Under the pieces are notes generated by a model. That model was not told the origin of the DNA. It searched no databases and saw only the letters and a program-made list of their open reading frames with translations. The translations under genes were made by a program, and so were the position numbers. This document shows positions 10,582-19,321 of a stretch of 64,000 nucleotides of DNA, in pieces. The DNA comes from a bacterium (lineage in GTDB: Bacteria; Patescibacteriota; Minisyncoccia; JAUYLV01), in assembly GCA_030649025.1 (NCBI GenBank), contig JAUSGO010000004.1, forward strand, positions 6,824 to 70,823. The letters run 5' to 3'. How positions within the stretch are numbered: position 1 is the stretch's first letter; every line of letters starts with the position of its first letter.

Positions 10582-11001
10582 TTATTTTTTATCCTGCGGC
10601 CGTTTCACGCCATATTTGCTTCGTTCTTGTTTTCTATTTTCCACTCCTCCCGCATCCAAAACTCCCCGCACAATGTGATAGCGCACGCCGGGAAGATCTT
10701 TGACGCGTCCACCACGAATAACCACCACCGAATGTTCCTGTAAGTTATGCCCGATACCGGGAATGTAGGCCGTAACTTCCATGCCGTTCGTAAGCCGCAC
10801 GCGGGCGATTTTGCGTAGGGCGGAATTCGGTTTTTTAGGGGTCATGGTTTTTACACTGATGCACACGCCGCGCTTGAAGGGCGAACTATAAAGTTTCGGC
10901 CTGTTTTTAAGCACGTTAAACCCGCGGGTCAGCACGGGGCTTTTTGATTTTACTTTTTGCGACTTTCGGGGACTCTTAATAAGCTGGTGGATTGTAGGCA
11001 T
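10582..11001 (-). CDS. rpsL: 30S ribosomal protein S12
   Basis: Start at [13 protein letters not shown] (internal Met of the track ORF), then ...[19 protein letters not shown]. Confidence 0.95.
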   Translation of the reverse strand: MPTIHQLIKSPRKSQKVKSKSPVLTRGFNVLKNRPKLYSSPFKRGVCISVKTMTPKKPNSALRKIARVRLTNGMEVTAYIPGIGHNLQEHSVVVIRGGRVKDLPGVRYHIVRGVLDAGGVENRKQERSKYGVKRPQDKK

Positions 11002-11188
11002 GATGTTAGAAAAGATAGCACACGACCAATCTAAAGACAAGCGAAAGCGTAACAAGGTCTCTTCGCGCTGTCAAATAAAAACTTTTGAATAAAAAACAAT
11101 CCTTGACAATCGTGGCTAATTTGTTAGTCTAATTTCTTCCGGTTCATTGAAATTTAAGAACAAGTTCACAAAGAAGGGGGCGCTTATT

Positions 11189-12388
11189 ATGCATCAAGAA
11201 GTTGCGATAATCGGCTCGGGAATGACGCAGTGTCGGTCGCGGTGGGTCGAGAGAACATTTTGGAACCTTGCACAAGAGGCGGTTGCCGACGCCGTAAAAG
11301 ACGCGGGCATCCATATCAACGAAATAAAGGCCGGTGTTGCGGGTATTTACAACGACATCTTTGAATTTCAGGCAATTCCCGAATCGGGTCTCCAGGGCAT
11401 TGTCGGACTTGCGAACAAGCCTCTGATACGCGTTTCAAACGGTGGGGCAACGGGAGCCTACTCAATGCTTGCGGGCCATAACATGGTCGCAAGCGGCCAG
11501 TATGACCTTGTCGTGGTTTTCGGCGTTGAAAAGGCGCTGGATTGCTATGACTATGAGGCGCGTAGCGCCACACCTGCCGTGGTGCAGACCATTGGTTATT
11601 CGTGGGATCCGTGGTTCGAGCGTCCGCTTGGTGCGCATGCCTCGGAAAGTTACGCGGAGGTTGTACAAGCGTACATGGACGAACATCCAGGAGACCTCGC
11701 TCCGATGGCTCGCGCGAAAGTTGTGGAATTGTTGTGCCAGCACGCGCAGAACAATCCATACGCTCAGCGTCTGGGAGAGAAAGTAACGGCAGACCAAGTG
11801 CTTCGGTCGCGCTACATCGTCTATCCGATCAGGTCGCTTGAGACCTGCGTATACACCGAAGGGGCCTGTGCGCTTATTTTTGCCTCCGAAGACGTGGCAC
11901 GCAGTATGCAACGCATCGGAAAGACCCCCGTCTGGATTTCTGGCGTCGGCGCGGCAAATGAGCCGTATTTTGTGGGACGCGATATCAGCCGCTATAAAGT
12001 CCTGCATCGCATCTATTCCGACTATCTTGCCACAAAGCAGGCTCTTGAGATGGCGCATCTTTCCATTAACGACATTCAGATCATTGAGCTGCACGATGCG
12101 TACATTCCGCAGTTCATGATAACGCTTGCCGAGATGGGTGTTACACCGCTTGGTCGGGCAAATGACCTAGTGGAAGAAGGTATTATTATGCCCGGCGGAC
12201 GCCTCTTGGTAAATCCTTCCGGAGGTCTTGTCTTCGGCGGCCACTTTGTGGGCGGCTCGAACATGATGTCAACTTGGAGCGTGATGCGTGAATTCCGCGA
12301 ACGCAATCTTCAGTTTGGCATGATTCATGGCACGGGCGCATCGCTTTCGATGTATGGCTCCGTATTCGTGCTCGAAAGGAGGTCGTAA
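11189..12388 (+). CDS. thiolase-fold protein (SCP-x/archaeal type) lacking the nucleophilic cysteine; Ltp2-aldolase-like
   Basis: Start MHQEVAIIGSG preceded by the SD agaaggggg. Thiolase N- and C-terminal domains (GQYDLVVVFGVEK; NPSGGLVFGGHFVGGS). The position of the nucleophilic Cys reads RVSNGGATGA (Cys replaced by Gly), and no Cys lies near the C-terminal acid/base position. Confidence 0.8.
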   Translation: MHQEVAIIGSGMTQCRSRWVERTFWNLAQEAVADAVKDAGIHINEIKAGVAGIYNDIFEFQAIPESGLQGIVGLANKPLIRVSNGGATGAYSMLAGHNMVASGQYDLVVVFGVEKALDCYDYEARSATPAVVQTIGYSWDPWFERPLGAHASESYAEVVQAYMDEHPGDLAPMARAKVVELLCQHAQNNPYAQRLGEKVTADQVLRSRYIVYPIRSLETCVYTEGACALIFASEDVARSMQRIGKTPVWISGVGAANEPYFVGRDISRYKVLHRIYSDYLATKQALEMAHLSINDIQIIELHDAYIPQFMITLAEMGVTPLGRANDLVEEGIIMPGGRLLVNPSGGLVFGGHFVGGSNMMSTWSVMREFRERNLQFGMIHGTGASLSMYGSVFVLERRS

Positions 12389-12389
12389 C

Positions 12390-13445
12390 ATGGCAACCGA
12401 GAAAAAATTCGTCATTCCGCCAGCCATGCTACCCGAAGAGGGTATGCACGAGGTTGTGGGAAGAGACGGGGAGACGTATCTTGTCCGAAACGATGCAATG
12501 TTCACCGGCATACAGCATGCCCAGGGGGAATTTTCCGCATTCTTCCTTGCTCTGCGCGATGAGTGCCGCATCTTCGGGCACCGATGTCCGAGTTGTAGAC
12601 ATATCATCGTGCCGCCATTCGAGAAGCTCTGTCCTCCGTGCAATTTCGAGAAAATGACAAAAGAGTACGTGCAGGACGTCGGGATAACCGTAGCGACGCC
12701 CGTCATTACTGTTTTTGCTCCGGCGCGATTCAAGGAAGAAGTTCCGTTTGCGACCGGTAGAGTATACTTAGCCACAGAAGACCACAACTTTGCCGACACA
12801 GCCCTGTTTCTGCGCATGCAGACAACCAAGGGCGCTATTCGTCCGGGGATATTTGGAAAAGAAACTCCGGTGAAAATCGTGTTCCGTGATGTGCGGCGTG
12901 GCGAGATTCGCGATATCTTTGCGGTTCCGCAATCGGAACTTACCGAGACGCAAATAGCCAAAAGCCCGCTCTTGGAAAGCGACCTTGAGTGGAACAGGGT
13001 TGAGGAGCCTCATTGGACCGCAACACCTGAACGCATGGAGGCGCGTCAAAAAGTAGCCAATGGATTTAAGCTTCTTGGCGAACGCATCGCCGCAAGCTCT
13101 CGCGCAACAAAGGACCTGGCAAACTGGAAACGTAATATCGTGGTTCATACCGGCGGCGGAACGTTCTGGTTTGCTATTCAGGACGGAACGCTTGCCGTGC
13201 ATGATGGGCCCTTCTATAGCAATCTTTATGGCGCGGCAGATCTTGTGCTGACCATTGAAGAGCCTGCACTGTTGCTTCATTGGGTAGAGGACGCACTCAA
13301 CACAAGCGGAGAGGGACTGACCAGTCCTCCTCTGACTGACTTTGTCATCGAGGGAACGCTCTTGCTCAACAAGACAGAGCTTGAGACGATCACGCGGCTC
13401 GACCGCATAACCCGTTCGCTTCGCCGGGACGCAAACAAAAAGTAA
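12390..13445 (+). CDS. DUF35 (zinc-ribbon + OB fold) protein fused to a C-terminal SCP2 sterol-carrier-like domain
   Basis: Strong SD aaggagg 8 nt upstream. 4-Cys ribbon CPSCRH...CPPC followed by an OB-like segment. C-terminal TFWFAIQDG...AADLVLTIEEPALLLHWVED...FVIEGTLLLNKTELE matches the SCP2 pattern. Confidence 0.7.
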   Translation: MATEKKFVIPPAMLPEEGMHEVVGRDGETYLVRNDAMFTGIQHAQGEFSAFFLALRDECRIFGHRCPSCRHIIVPPFEKLCPPCNFEKMTKEYVQDVGITVATPVITVFAPARFKEEVPFATGRVYLATEDHNFADTALFLRMQTTKGAIRPGIFGKETPVKIVFRDVRRGEIRDIFAVPQSELTETQIAKSPLLESDLEWNRVEEPHWTATPERMEARQKVANGFKLLGERIAASSRATKDLANWKRNIVVHTGGGTFWFAIQDGTLAVHDGPFYSNLYGAADLVLTIEEPALLLHWVEDALNTSGEGLTSPPLTDFVIEGTLLLNKTELETITRLDRITRSLRRDANKK

Positions 13446-13572
13446 CTTCTTGGCGCACTTTCCGTGCGCCTTTTTATTTCGCAAAACACATTGACGGTCC
13501 GTTGGCGCAATGCTAAACGGTATTATATATGGCTCTTTTATAATTTTTGCATCATTCCATCGGAGGGATCTC

Positions 13573-15552
13573 ATGACGAAAGACCAATTTGACTGGATGC
13601 CGACCAAAACGCATCTGCAAGATTCGCGCATCGGGAGCTTTATGCAGAAACACGGTATCGCAGACTTCAGGAAGCTTATAGAAAAATCGAATGCCGATGT
13701 ATCTTGGTTCTGGACCGCCGCACTGGAAGATCTCGGATTCGAGTGGCATACGCCGTATCATGCGCTTTTTGACGACTCGCTGGGAATGCCGTGGGTAAAG
13801 TGGTTTTTGGGCGGGAGGCTCAACATCGTCCATCACTGTCTGGACCGCCATCTTCGCGACGGAAAATCCAAAAAAGATGCTCTTGTCTGGGAGGGAGAGG
13901 ATGGTCTGATCCGCAAAATCACATATGGAGAACTCGCGCATTTGGTAGAAAAAATTTCTGCGGCTATGACGAGCGTCGGGGTGGCGAAGGGTGATGTTGT
14001 TGCAATGTGCATGGACCTCACCATTGAAGCGGTTGCTGTCATGTTCGCCTCCTTTAAAATAGGCGCAACGTGCCTTCAGACCGGAACGTGGCACGCGCCC
14101 GCGGAGCTTGCCGAAACTTTGCGTCGCGGTGCTCCAAAGATGCTATTTATTCACGAAAGTTTGCGTCGCGGAGGAGAAGAAAAAAGTCTGCAGGCGGCGA
14201 TTGAATCCATAGGATCCGACAGTACGTTGCCCGTAACCGTCGTAGTTGTGCCAAGGATTGGCGCAAGCAAGGAAGAACGAGAAAGCGTTTCAGGTCCTTC
14301 CGGCGGGCGTATAAATAAATTTGGAATTCTGCTGGCGTCCGCAGAGAATAAGCCCGCTGTTAAAACACTGGCACTTGACGCGGAGACGCCGTCGCTCATC
14401 CTTTTTTCTTCCGGCACGACCGGGCGCCCCAAGGCCATTGTCCATACTCACGGAGGAGCACTCGCACAGGTTGTAAAGGAGGTGGGATACGCTTTTGACT
14501 GCCGCGAAAACGACGTTTTCTGCTGGACGACAAATCTTGGATGGATGATGGCGCCATGGGAAATAATCGGAACGATGTTCTTTGGCGCTACGCTGGTCCT
14601 TATCGAAGGATCTTGCGCGTACCCGACGCCGCACCGAATCTTTGAAATCATCCAGCGGCAGCGCATCTCCATCTTAGGCACAACGCCCGGCCACCTTCAG
14701 AAACTGCGGGACTGCTCCGAGCAGTACGGTCGGCATGATCTTTCGAGCCTTAGGATCCTTGGCTCCACTGGAAAAGTTCTTGACGCAGAACTTTGGAGCT
14801 GGTTCTTCACGACATTTGGAGACAAGAAGCTTCCCATCGTCAATATATTCGGCGGCACCGAGGTGCTTGGATGCCTTGGGTCCGCTCTTCCCATTATGCC
14901 CCTTAAGGCAGGAACGGTCGGGATGGCGGCTCTTGGAACTGGTTCAGACGTTTGTGATGATGGAGGAAATTCTGTCCGCGGACAGGCGGGAGATGTGGTT
15001 TGCCGCTCCCCTATTCCTTCCATGACCAGGAGCTTTTTCGGAGATCCTCAGGGATATTTAGATGCCTATTTCTCTCATGGGACGCATCTTTGGTGGCATG
15101 GCGACCGGGCGATCATTGACGAGGATGGTCTCTGGTTCCATCTCGGGAGATCGGATGATCTTATTATAAGGGATGGGGTGAAACATGATCCGGTAAAAAT
15201 TGAGAGCGCGCTCAAGGCATTTCCCGGACCACCGCGTATTCGGGACGTCGCCGCGATAAGCACGACCGACAAGAACGGTCACGACCGCATCGTTTGTTTC
15301 GTCGTAATAGACGGGGCATTCGTGGAAAATGTGAAGGAATTTTTGCACGATGTGCGGGCCCACACGAAAATAACCTATGGAGCGCTCGGACAGCCCGATG
15401 AGGTTTATGTCGTCAGAGAGCTTCCGGTGAACCAGGCAAACAAGGTGCCGCACAAGGCATTACGGCTTATGCTTGAAGGAAAGGATGTGGGCGAAGTAGC
15501 GCTACAGAATCCTTGGGCACTTGAAGAAATACGCAGGGCGCTGAATTGTTAA
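13573..15552 (+). CDS. AMP-forming acyl-CoA (acetyl-CoA-like) synthetase
   Basis: Start MTKDQF after the SD ggaggg. WFLGGRLNIVHHCLDRHL, AMP-binding motif ILFSSGTTGRPKAIVHTHGG, 659 aa. Confidence 0.85.
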   Translation: MTKDQFDWMPTKTHLQDSRIGSFMQKHGIADFRKLIEKSNADVSWFWTAALEDLGFEWHTPYHALFDDSLGMPWVKWFLGGRLNIVHHCLDRHLRDGKSKKDALVWEGEDGLIRKITYGELAHLVEKISAAMTSVGVAKGDVVAMCMDLTIEAVAVMFASFKIGATCLQTGTWHAPAELAETLRRGAPKMLFIHESLRRGGEEKSLQAAIESIGSDSTLPVTVVVVPRIGASKEERESVSGPSGGRINKFGILLASAENKPAVKTLALDAETPSLILFSSGTTGRPKAIVHTHGGALAQVVKEVGYAFDCRENDVFCWTTNLGWMMAPWEIIGTMFFGATLVLIEGSCAYPTPHRIFEIIQRQRISILGTTPGHLQKLRDCSEQYGRHDLSSLRILGSTGKVLDAELWSWFFTTFGDKKLPIVNIFGGTEVLGCLGSALPIMPLKAGTVGMAALGTGSDVCDDGGNSVRGQAGDVVCRSPIPSMTRSFFGDPQGYLDAYFSHGTHLWWHGDRAIIDEDGLWFHLGRSDDLIIRDGVKHDPVKIESALKAFPGPPRIRDVAAISTTDKNGHDRIVCFVVIDGAFVENVKEFLHDVRAHTKITYGALGQPDEVYVVRELPVNQANKVPHKALRLMLEGKDVGEVALQNPWALEEIRRALNC

Positions 15553-15620
15553 TGAGCGCTTGCAGCAAGGCATGTAATCCAAAAACTCCGTTCAAAATTC
15601 GAACAAGTTTTTATTAAAGA

Positions 15621-15652
15621 CGGCGCACACCACTGCGCCGCTTTTCTTTTTC
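15621..15652 (+). terminator. rho-independent terminator (ggcgcacaccactgcgcc + gcttttcttttt)
   Basis: GC stem plus T-run directly after the synthetase gene. Confidence 0.6.
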
Positions 15653-15795
15653 ATCCACGCACCAGTCCCGCCAAGGCGGGACGGTACGGGGTTTCGCCCC
15701 GCACCAGAACACCGCGTCAAGAAACCATTAGTTCTGTTGGCGAAGCTTCATTTTTTCTGCTAAGCTCTATTTAGGATATTTAACCATCCATTCAT

Positions 15796-16401
15796 ATGTC
15801 CGGTGACGCTTCCCAAAAAGAAAAAGAGCTTTACAGCAAATTCAAAAATGCCTATGAAGCACATGAAAAACGTGTATGGGAAATTGAAAAAATCATGGCC
15901 AGGCTTAGCCAGGCAAAAAAAGAAGGGAGAAAAGATCCAGAAAGAGAACGGCAGCGCGAGGAAGCTTCTGCTCTTGTCCAAAAAGAGCTTGACGTCATCC
16001 AGCGGCTTGTTTTAGAGGCAAAAGAAGCGCTGGGTTCGCCAAAAAGCTTTCTCGGCGAGTCGGTTGATGCGAACGGGCTTACCTCGACAATTAGAAAACT
16101 CATTGAGCGGGAAGCGATTGAAAAGGCTGACCTCGCGTTTCCCTACACATTTCGAACAGCTCTTCTTAACGCCTTTCTGGAACGCGAAAAGCAAACAAGG
16201 GCATCGATTTATAAAAAACATGTTCGTAAGGGGTTCGGAAGTTCCGTTGAGAGTCTTATAGAGGAAGAACAGCAGAAAAACGAAGCCTATAGAAAACAAC
16301 TCATGGATAAGTATCCGGACCTTCTATCCCCTAGTGATGTCGAGCTATTCAGCATGGCCTTTAAGCGCCGCATGGCTCGACATGGCGAAGAGGCCGTTTA
16401 A
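15796..16401 (+). CDS. hypothetical coiled-coil protein
   Basis: 201-aa ORF, charged and helical; no family recognised. Confidence 0.45.
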   Translation: MSGDASQKEKELYSKFKNAYEAHEKRVWEIEKIMARLSQAKKEGRKDPERERQREEASALVQKELDVIQRLVLEAKEALGSPKSFLGESVDANGLTSTIRKLIEREAIEKADLAFPYTFRTALLNAFLEREKQTRASIYKKHVRKGFGSSVESLIEEEQQKNEAYRKQLMDKYPDLLSPSDVELFSMAFKRRMARHGEEAV

Positions 16402-16414
16402 GTCGTAGATTATT

Positions 16415-16487
16415 GGGCGCATAGCTCAGCGATTAGAGCATCCGCCTTACACGCGGAGGGTCCTAGGTTTAAATCCTAGTGCGCCCA
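16415..16487 (+). tRNA. tRNA-Val (anticodon TAC)
   Basis: Manual fold: acceptor GGGCGCA/TGCGCCC, D-stem GCTC/GAGC, anticodon stem TCCGC/GCGGA with loop cTTACac, T-stem CCTAG/CTAGG. T-loop TTTAAAT is non-canonical. Confidence 0.75.
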
Positions 16488-16541
16488 CAATAAATTGTTC
16501 CATGTGAAACGTTAGTGTGTTTTTCTATGAAACAGGGCCAC

Positions 16542-16559
16542 ATGTTTCATGGGAAACAT
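16542..16559. promoter_or_regulatory. palindromic operator-like site ATGTTTC-atgg-GAAACAT immediately upstream of the yraN start
   Basis: Perfect inverted repeat. The same 16-mer form TGTTTCATGRGAAACA recurs at 16986-17001. Confidence 0.5.
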
Positions 16560-16568
16560 TTTTTAATC

Positions 16569-16976
16569 ATGGATAGCCGTACGGAAATAGGCAGATCAGG
16601 AGAAGGTGCCGCATCAAGTTTTCTTATCAACAATAATTACCGCATCATCCACAGAAACTTCCACCTAGGAAGAATGGGGGAAATAGACATAATAGCAGAA
16701 AAAAGTGTTGGATTTTGGCCATTTTTAGAGAAAAGTCTAGTTTTTGTAGAAGTAAAAACGCTTGTCATAGGAAGTTTTAAGAAGGAATATGATCCAGAAA
16801 TGCGCGTAGACGGCAAAAAACAAGAAAGACTTATAAGATTGGCCAGTCTATACCTCTCTAAAAACAAGATTAAGGCGGACACGCCGTGGCAAATTGATGT
16901 AATTGCTGTTGAAATAGAAAGTTCCACGGGAAACATAAAAGAGATTCGTCATCATGAAAACGCTGTTCATTTATAG
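16569..16976 (+). CDS. yraN: YraN-family (UPF0102) endonuclease
   Basis: MDSRTEIGRSGEGAASSFLINNNYRIIHRNFHLGRMGEIDIIAEK...FVEVKT...PWQIDVIAVE. The start was chosen at the internal Met; the track ORF begins at 16515. Confidence 0.7.
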   Translation: MDSRTEIGRSGEGAASSFLINNNYRIIHRNFHLGRMGEIDIIAEKSVGFWPFLEKSLVFVEVKTLVIGSFKKEYDPEMRVDGKKQERLIRLASLYLSKNKIKADTPWQIDVIAVEIESSTGNIKEIRHHENAVHL

Positions 16977-16985
16977 AACTCTTCG

Positions 16986-17001
16986 TGTTTCATGAGAAAC
17001 A
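16986..17001. promoter_or_regulatory. second copy of the TGTTTC-N4-GAAACA palindrome, just downstream of yraN
   Basis: TGTTTCATGAGAAACA, perfect inverted repeat. Confidence 0.5.
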
Positions 17002-17009
17002 TTTTTATA

Positions 17010-17043
17010 ATTCCACGTGAAACATTAATGTTTCACGTGGAAT
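17010..17043. repeat. 34-bp perfect palindrome ATTCCACGTGAAACATT|AATGTTTCACGTGGAAT
   Basis: Exact self-complementarity. It carries the same GAAACA/TGTTTC half-sites in the opposite arrangement. Confidence 0.8.
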
Positions 17044-17103
17044 AGATGTTTGCGAACAAATTACTTATTTGATAGCATGATGCTGAAGTAAAATTTAATA
17101 CTT

Positions 17104-17174
17104 GCGGGTATCGTATACCGGTATTATGCCACCTTGCCAAGGTGGAGAAACGGGTTCAATTCCCGTTACCCGCT
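17104..17174 (+). tRNA. tRNA-Gly (anticodon GCC), no encoded CCA
   Basis: Manual fold: acceptor GCGGGTA/TACCCGC, anticodon stem CCACC/GGTGG with loop ttGCCaa, T-stem ACGGG/CCCGT with loop TTCAATT. D-stem is weak (3 pairs) but the D-loop contains GG. Confidence 0.7.
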
Positions 17175-17292
17175 CACCAAAATAAAACTGCCCCTTGTGA
17201 GTAGTTTTATTTTGGTCGAACTTGGGGAATTAAAGGGAGGTCCGGTGGACTTCCCAGGTTTTTCTGAGCCGGAGGAACGAGGAGAGGAAAAG

Positions 17293-17310
17293 AATTCCCG
17301 TTACCTGCTT
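17293..17310. repeat. displaced copy of the tRNA-Gly 3' end (AATTCCCGTTACCtgc vs AATTCCCGTTACCcgc)
   Basis: 13-14-nt exact match to the T-loop/acceptor 3' half of the tRNA-Gly at 17104, about 120 nt downstream of it. Confidence 0.6.
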
Positions 17311-17397
17311 CAAGATGCGACTCAATATGTTCTATAAAATTGGTATTCGCGACGAAGTCCCGATCCGCCAGAGGCGGAGAGGGAAAAATCCTCTCAG

Positions 17398-17868
17398 TTG
17401 CGGCTTTTTCTGTTTACGGATGATGAGAAGTTTGAACCTTTTTATGTTATAATTACCAATATGAACGAGAATCCGGTATCAGTTGTTGTTTTTTACGATA
17501 TCAGTCACAAGCTGCTAATGCACAAAAGAAAGTCTTCTCCGGAAAAATGGGCCTTTATTGGTGGCGGCATCAAAACAAAGGAAGACCCCCTAGTAGCAGC
17601 GAAAAGAGAGGTTCAAGAAGAGCTAGGATACGAAGCAAAAAATTTACGTTTTTTTAGAAAATACGAAGTTTCTCGGGCTGGAGACATTAGCGCTGTTTAC
17701 GTTTACATTGCTCCATTTCCAGGATTCGACCAATTCCACCACACAAAAGAAGGAGACATTAGAAGTGACCTGCATTTAGTTACCATAGAACAAGCGAAAA
17801 CTTTGCCAAGCTTCCCGGTGGCCTATCAAATAATGGAAGACGTTGTAAATTTCTTGAATAGGGCATAG
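17398..17868 (+). CDS. NUDIX hydrolase
   Basis: Nudix box GGGIKTKEDPLVAAKREVQEELGY. Confidence 0.8.
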   Translation: MRLFLFTDDEKFEPFYVIITNMNENPVSVVVFYDISHKLLMHKRKSSPEKWAFIGGGIKTKEDPLVAAKREVQEELGYEAKNLRFFRKYEVSRAGDISAVYVYIAPFPGFDQFHHTKEGDIRSDLHLVTIEQAKTLPSFPVAYQIMEDVVNFLNRA

Positions 17869-17894
17869 CAATTTCCAATGCTGCTATTCCAATA

Positions 17895-17919
17895 GGTTCG
17901 AACAACGCATAACCCGTTC
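17895..17919. repeat. 25-bp direct repeat GGTTCGAACAACGCATAACCCGTTC (copy 1)
   Basis: Exact second copy at 18778-18802. The pair flanks the 18052-18630 gene and its promoter. Confidence 0.85.
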
Positions 17920-17971
17920 AAGTTGATCCAGTCGAAGTGTTTATGGGTGAGGAGAAATCTGATCGCAAGGA

Positions 17972-18000
17972 TCTGGACAGGAAAGTCAAAGTATGCTAAA
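17972..18000 (+). promoter_or_regulatory. promoter for the 18052 gene: -35 TGGACA, 17-nt spacer, extended -10 TGcTAAAAT
   Basis: Sequence match; followed by the SD ggaaggagg before the ATG at 18052. Confidence 0.5.
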
Positions 18001-18051
18001 ATGTCCTGTTCGTTCAAATTCAGGAAAACTTTCCGGAAGGAGGATGCATAA

Positions 18052-18630
18052 ATGGCTGGTTGGTCAGGAATTTACACAAATGATCAGGAGGTTGCCAGAA
18101 GCCTTATTCGGCAACTTACTGAAATGGGGTTGGTGATAGAAAGCAGAGCGTCAACTGACCCGAGCATCTCACTTTGGAAGAACGGGGTCTGGTTTTGGCT
18201 GGATCTGCCGGGTTACTTCCATCCTCTTTCCAAGAAACTGTTTGAGCTTGCGCGCGACATTATGCAGCCGAGGGAAAAACAAGAAGTATACATAAGCCCG
18301 AAAGACCTGCAAAGTCAAAACGCCGACAAGTCACAGGAGGGCGCGGGAGCCGTGCTGGTCTATCAGGCTGCCAACAACACTACTGAAAGCGGGTTCTACG
18401 TTGAGTTCGCCGACGGGGCGGAAACCGAGGCCCACTTCTTTGAGAACCCAGAGGATAAATGCAGTGATGGCTCAAATGAGATTGCCGCAGAATACTTCCT
18501 GAAACGCCACAATCTGGAAATTCACACGGACTTTCCCGATAACTGGAGAGTCGTAGAAGATTATGAACTGACAGAAAAAGCTCTACAAGAAGTGGAAAGA
18601 GAACATAGTTCTATACCAGCGGCGCGATAA
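18052..18630 (+). CDS. hypothetical protein (192 aa) with canonical promoter and SD, flanked by 25-bp direct repeats
   Basis: ORF with strong translation signals; no family recognised. Confidence 0.5.
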   Translation: MAGWSGIYTNDQEVARSLIRQLTEMGLVIESRASTDPSISLWKNGVWFWLDLPGYFHPLSKKLFELARDIMQPREKQEVYISPKDLQSQNADKSQEGAGAVLVYQAANNTTESGFYVEFADGAETEAHFFENPEDKCSDGSNEIAAEYFLKRHNLEIHTDFPDNWRVVEDYELTEKALQEVEREHSSIPAAR

Positions 18631-18777
18631 TCTCGCTCCGTTTTTTCTTTTCCAGCAGAAAAACTTGGCACCCCAAACCAGAGTTGTTATGGGCGACACG
18701 GTTGGGGGCAGTCACAAATCGTAATCGCTAAGACGATTTCTGGTTCATGGGCACAAACCACCCACGCCCACCACAGC

Positions 18778-18802
18778 GGTTCGAACAACGCATAACCCGT
18801 TC
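18778..18802. repeat. 25-bp direct repeat GGTTCGAACAACGCATAACCCGTTC (copy 2)
   Basis: Exact match to 17895-17919. Confidence 0.85.
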
Positions 18803-18833
18803 CAAAAGAAAAAGTCCCTTAGCGGGACTTAAA

Positions 18834-19229
18834 TTAATGAATTCGGACGGTTACCCTGAAAGATCTTGTCGGTGATTTTTGTTTTCCGAACGGCCGCCGA
18901 TACTCCAGCTCAACCACGCAAGAGTCTTTCTTCTTGGCTTTGAGCCTGAAAATCTCCACGGTCTTCATGTTGGGGTATCCCTGCTCCGGCTCCCGGAGAT
19001 TCTTGCCGACAAACTCCAGCAATCTCTTATCGTATTCGGCAAGTTGCCACGAGTAGCCGGTTCCCGGTTGACCTGGAAGTTCAATGACCAAAAAACTTCC
19101 TTTTGCCACCTCAACGGTCTTCCCGTTGTCGGCCTCCGTAACCAGCGCCGTTCCGGGCTCCGAAGCGATTGAAAAAGAGCAAATTGACAGCAAGGCGAGA
19201 AAAAGAACGGAAACAAAAAGTCTACTCAT
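18834..19229 (-). CDS. secreted chagasin-family (I42) cysteine-peptidase inhibitor
   Basis: Signal peptide MSRLFVSVLFLALLSICSFSIA, then ...GSFLVIELPGQPGTGYSWQL, which is chagasin/ICP-like. Start taken at the internal Met because the longer ORF runs into the repeat at 19322-19355. Confidence 0.65.
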   Translation of the reverse strand: MSRLFVSVLFLALLSICSFSIASEPGTALVTEADNGKTVEVAKGSFLVIELPGQPGTGYSWQLAEYDKRLLEFVGKNLREPEQGYPNMKTVEIFRLKAKKKDSCVVELEYRRPFGKQKSPTRSFRVTVRIH

Positions 19230-19321
19230 TGGGGCCTCCCTCCTGCGCAGAAAATTGAAGAACACCAGAAGAATATCATAAATATGTGGACATAGTCGAG
19301 CGCGAGAGCAAAAACGTTCAC

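Noticed and set aside
11316-12961. Minus-strand ORFs (11316-11759, 11462-12094, 12269-12961) overlapping the thiolase/DUF35 genes
   Set aside because: They are antisense to well-supported, SD-equipped genes and are Arg/Pro-rich frames typical of mirror reading.
17134-17337. 67-aa ORF overlapping the tRNA-Gly
   Set aside because: It starts inside the tRNA gene and reads through the tRNA-derived fragment. The non-coding interpretation is better supported.
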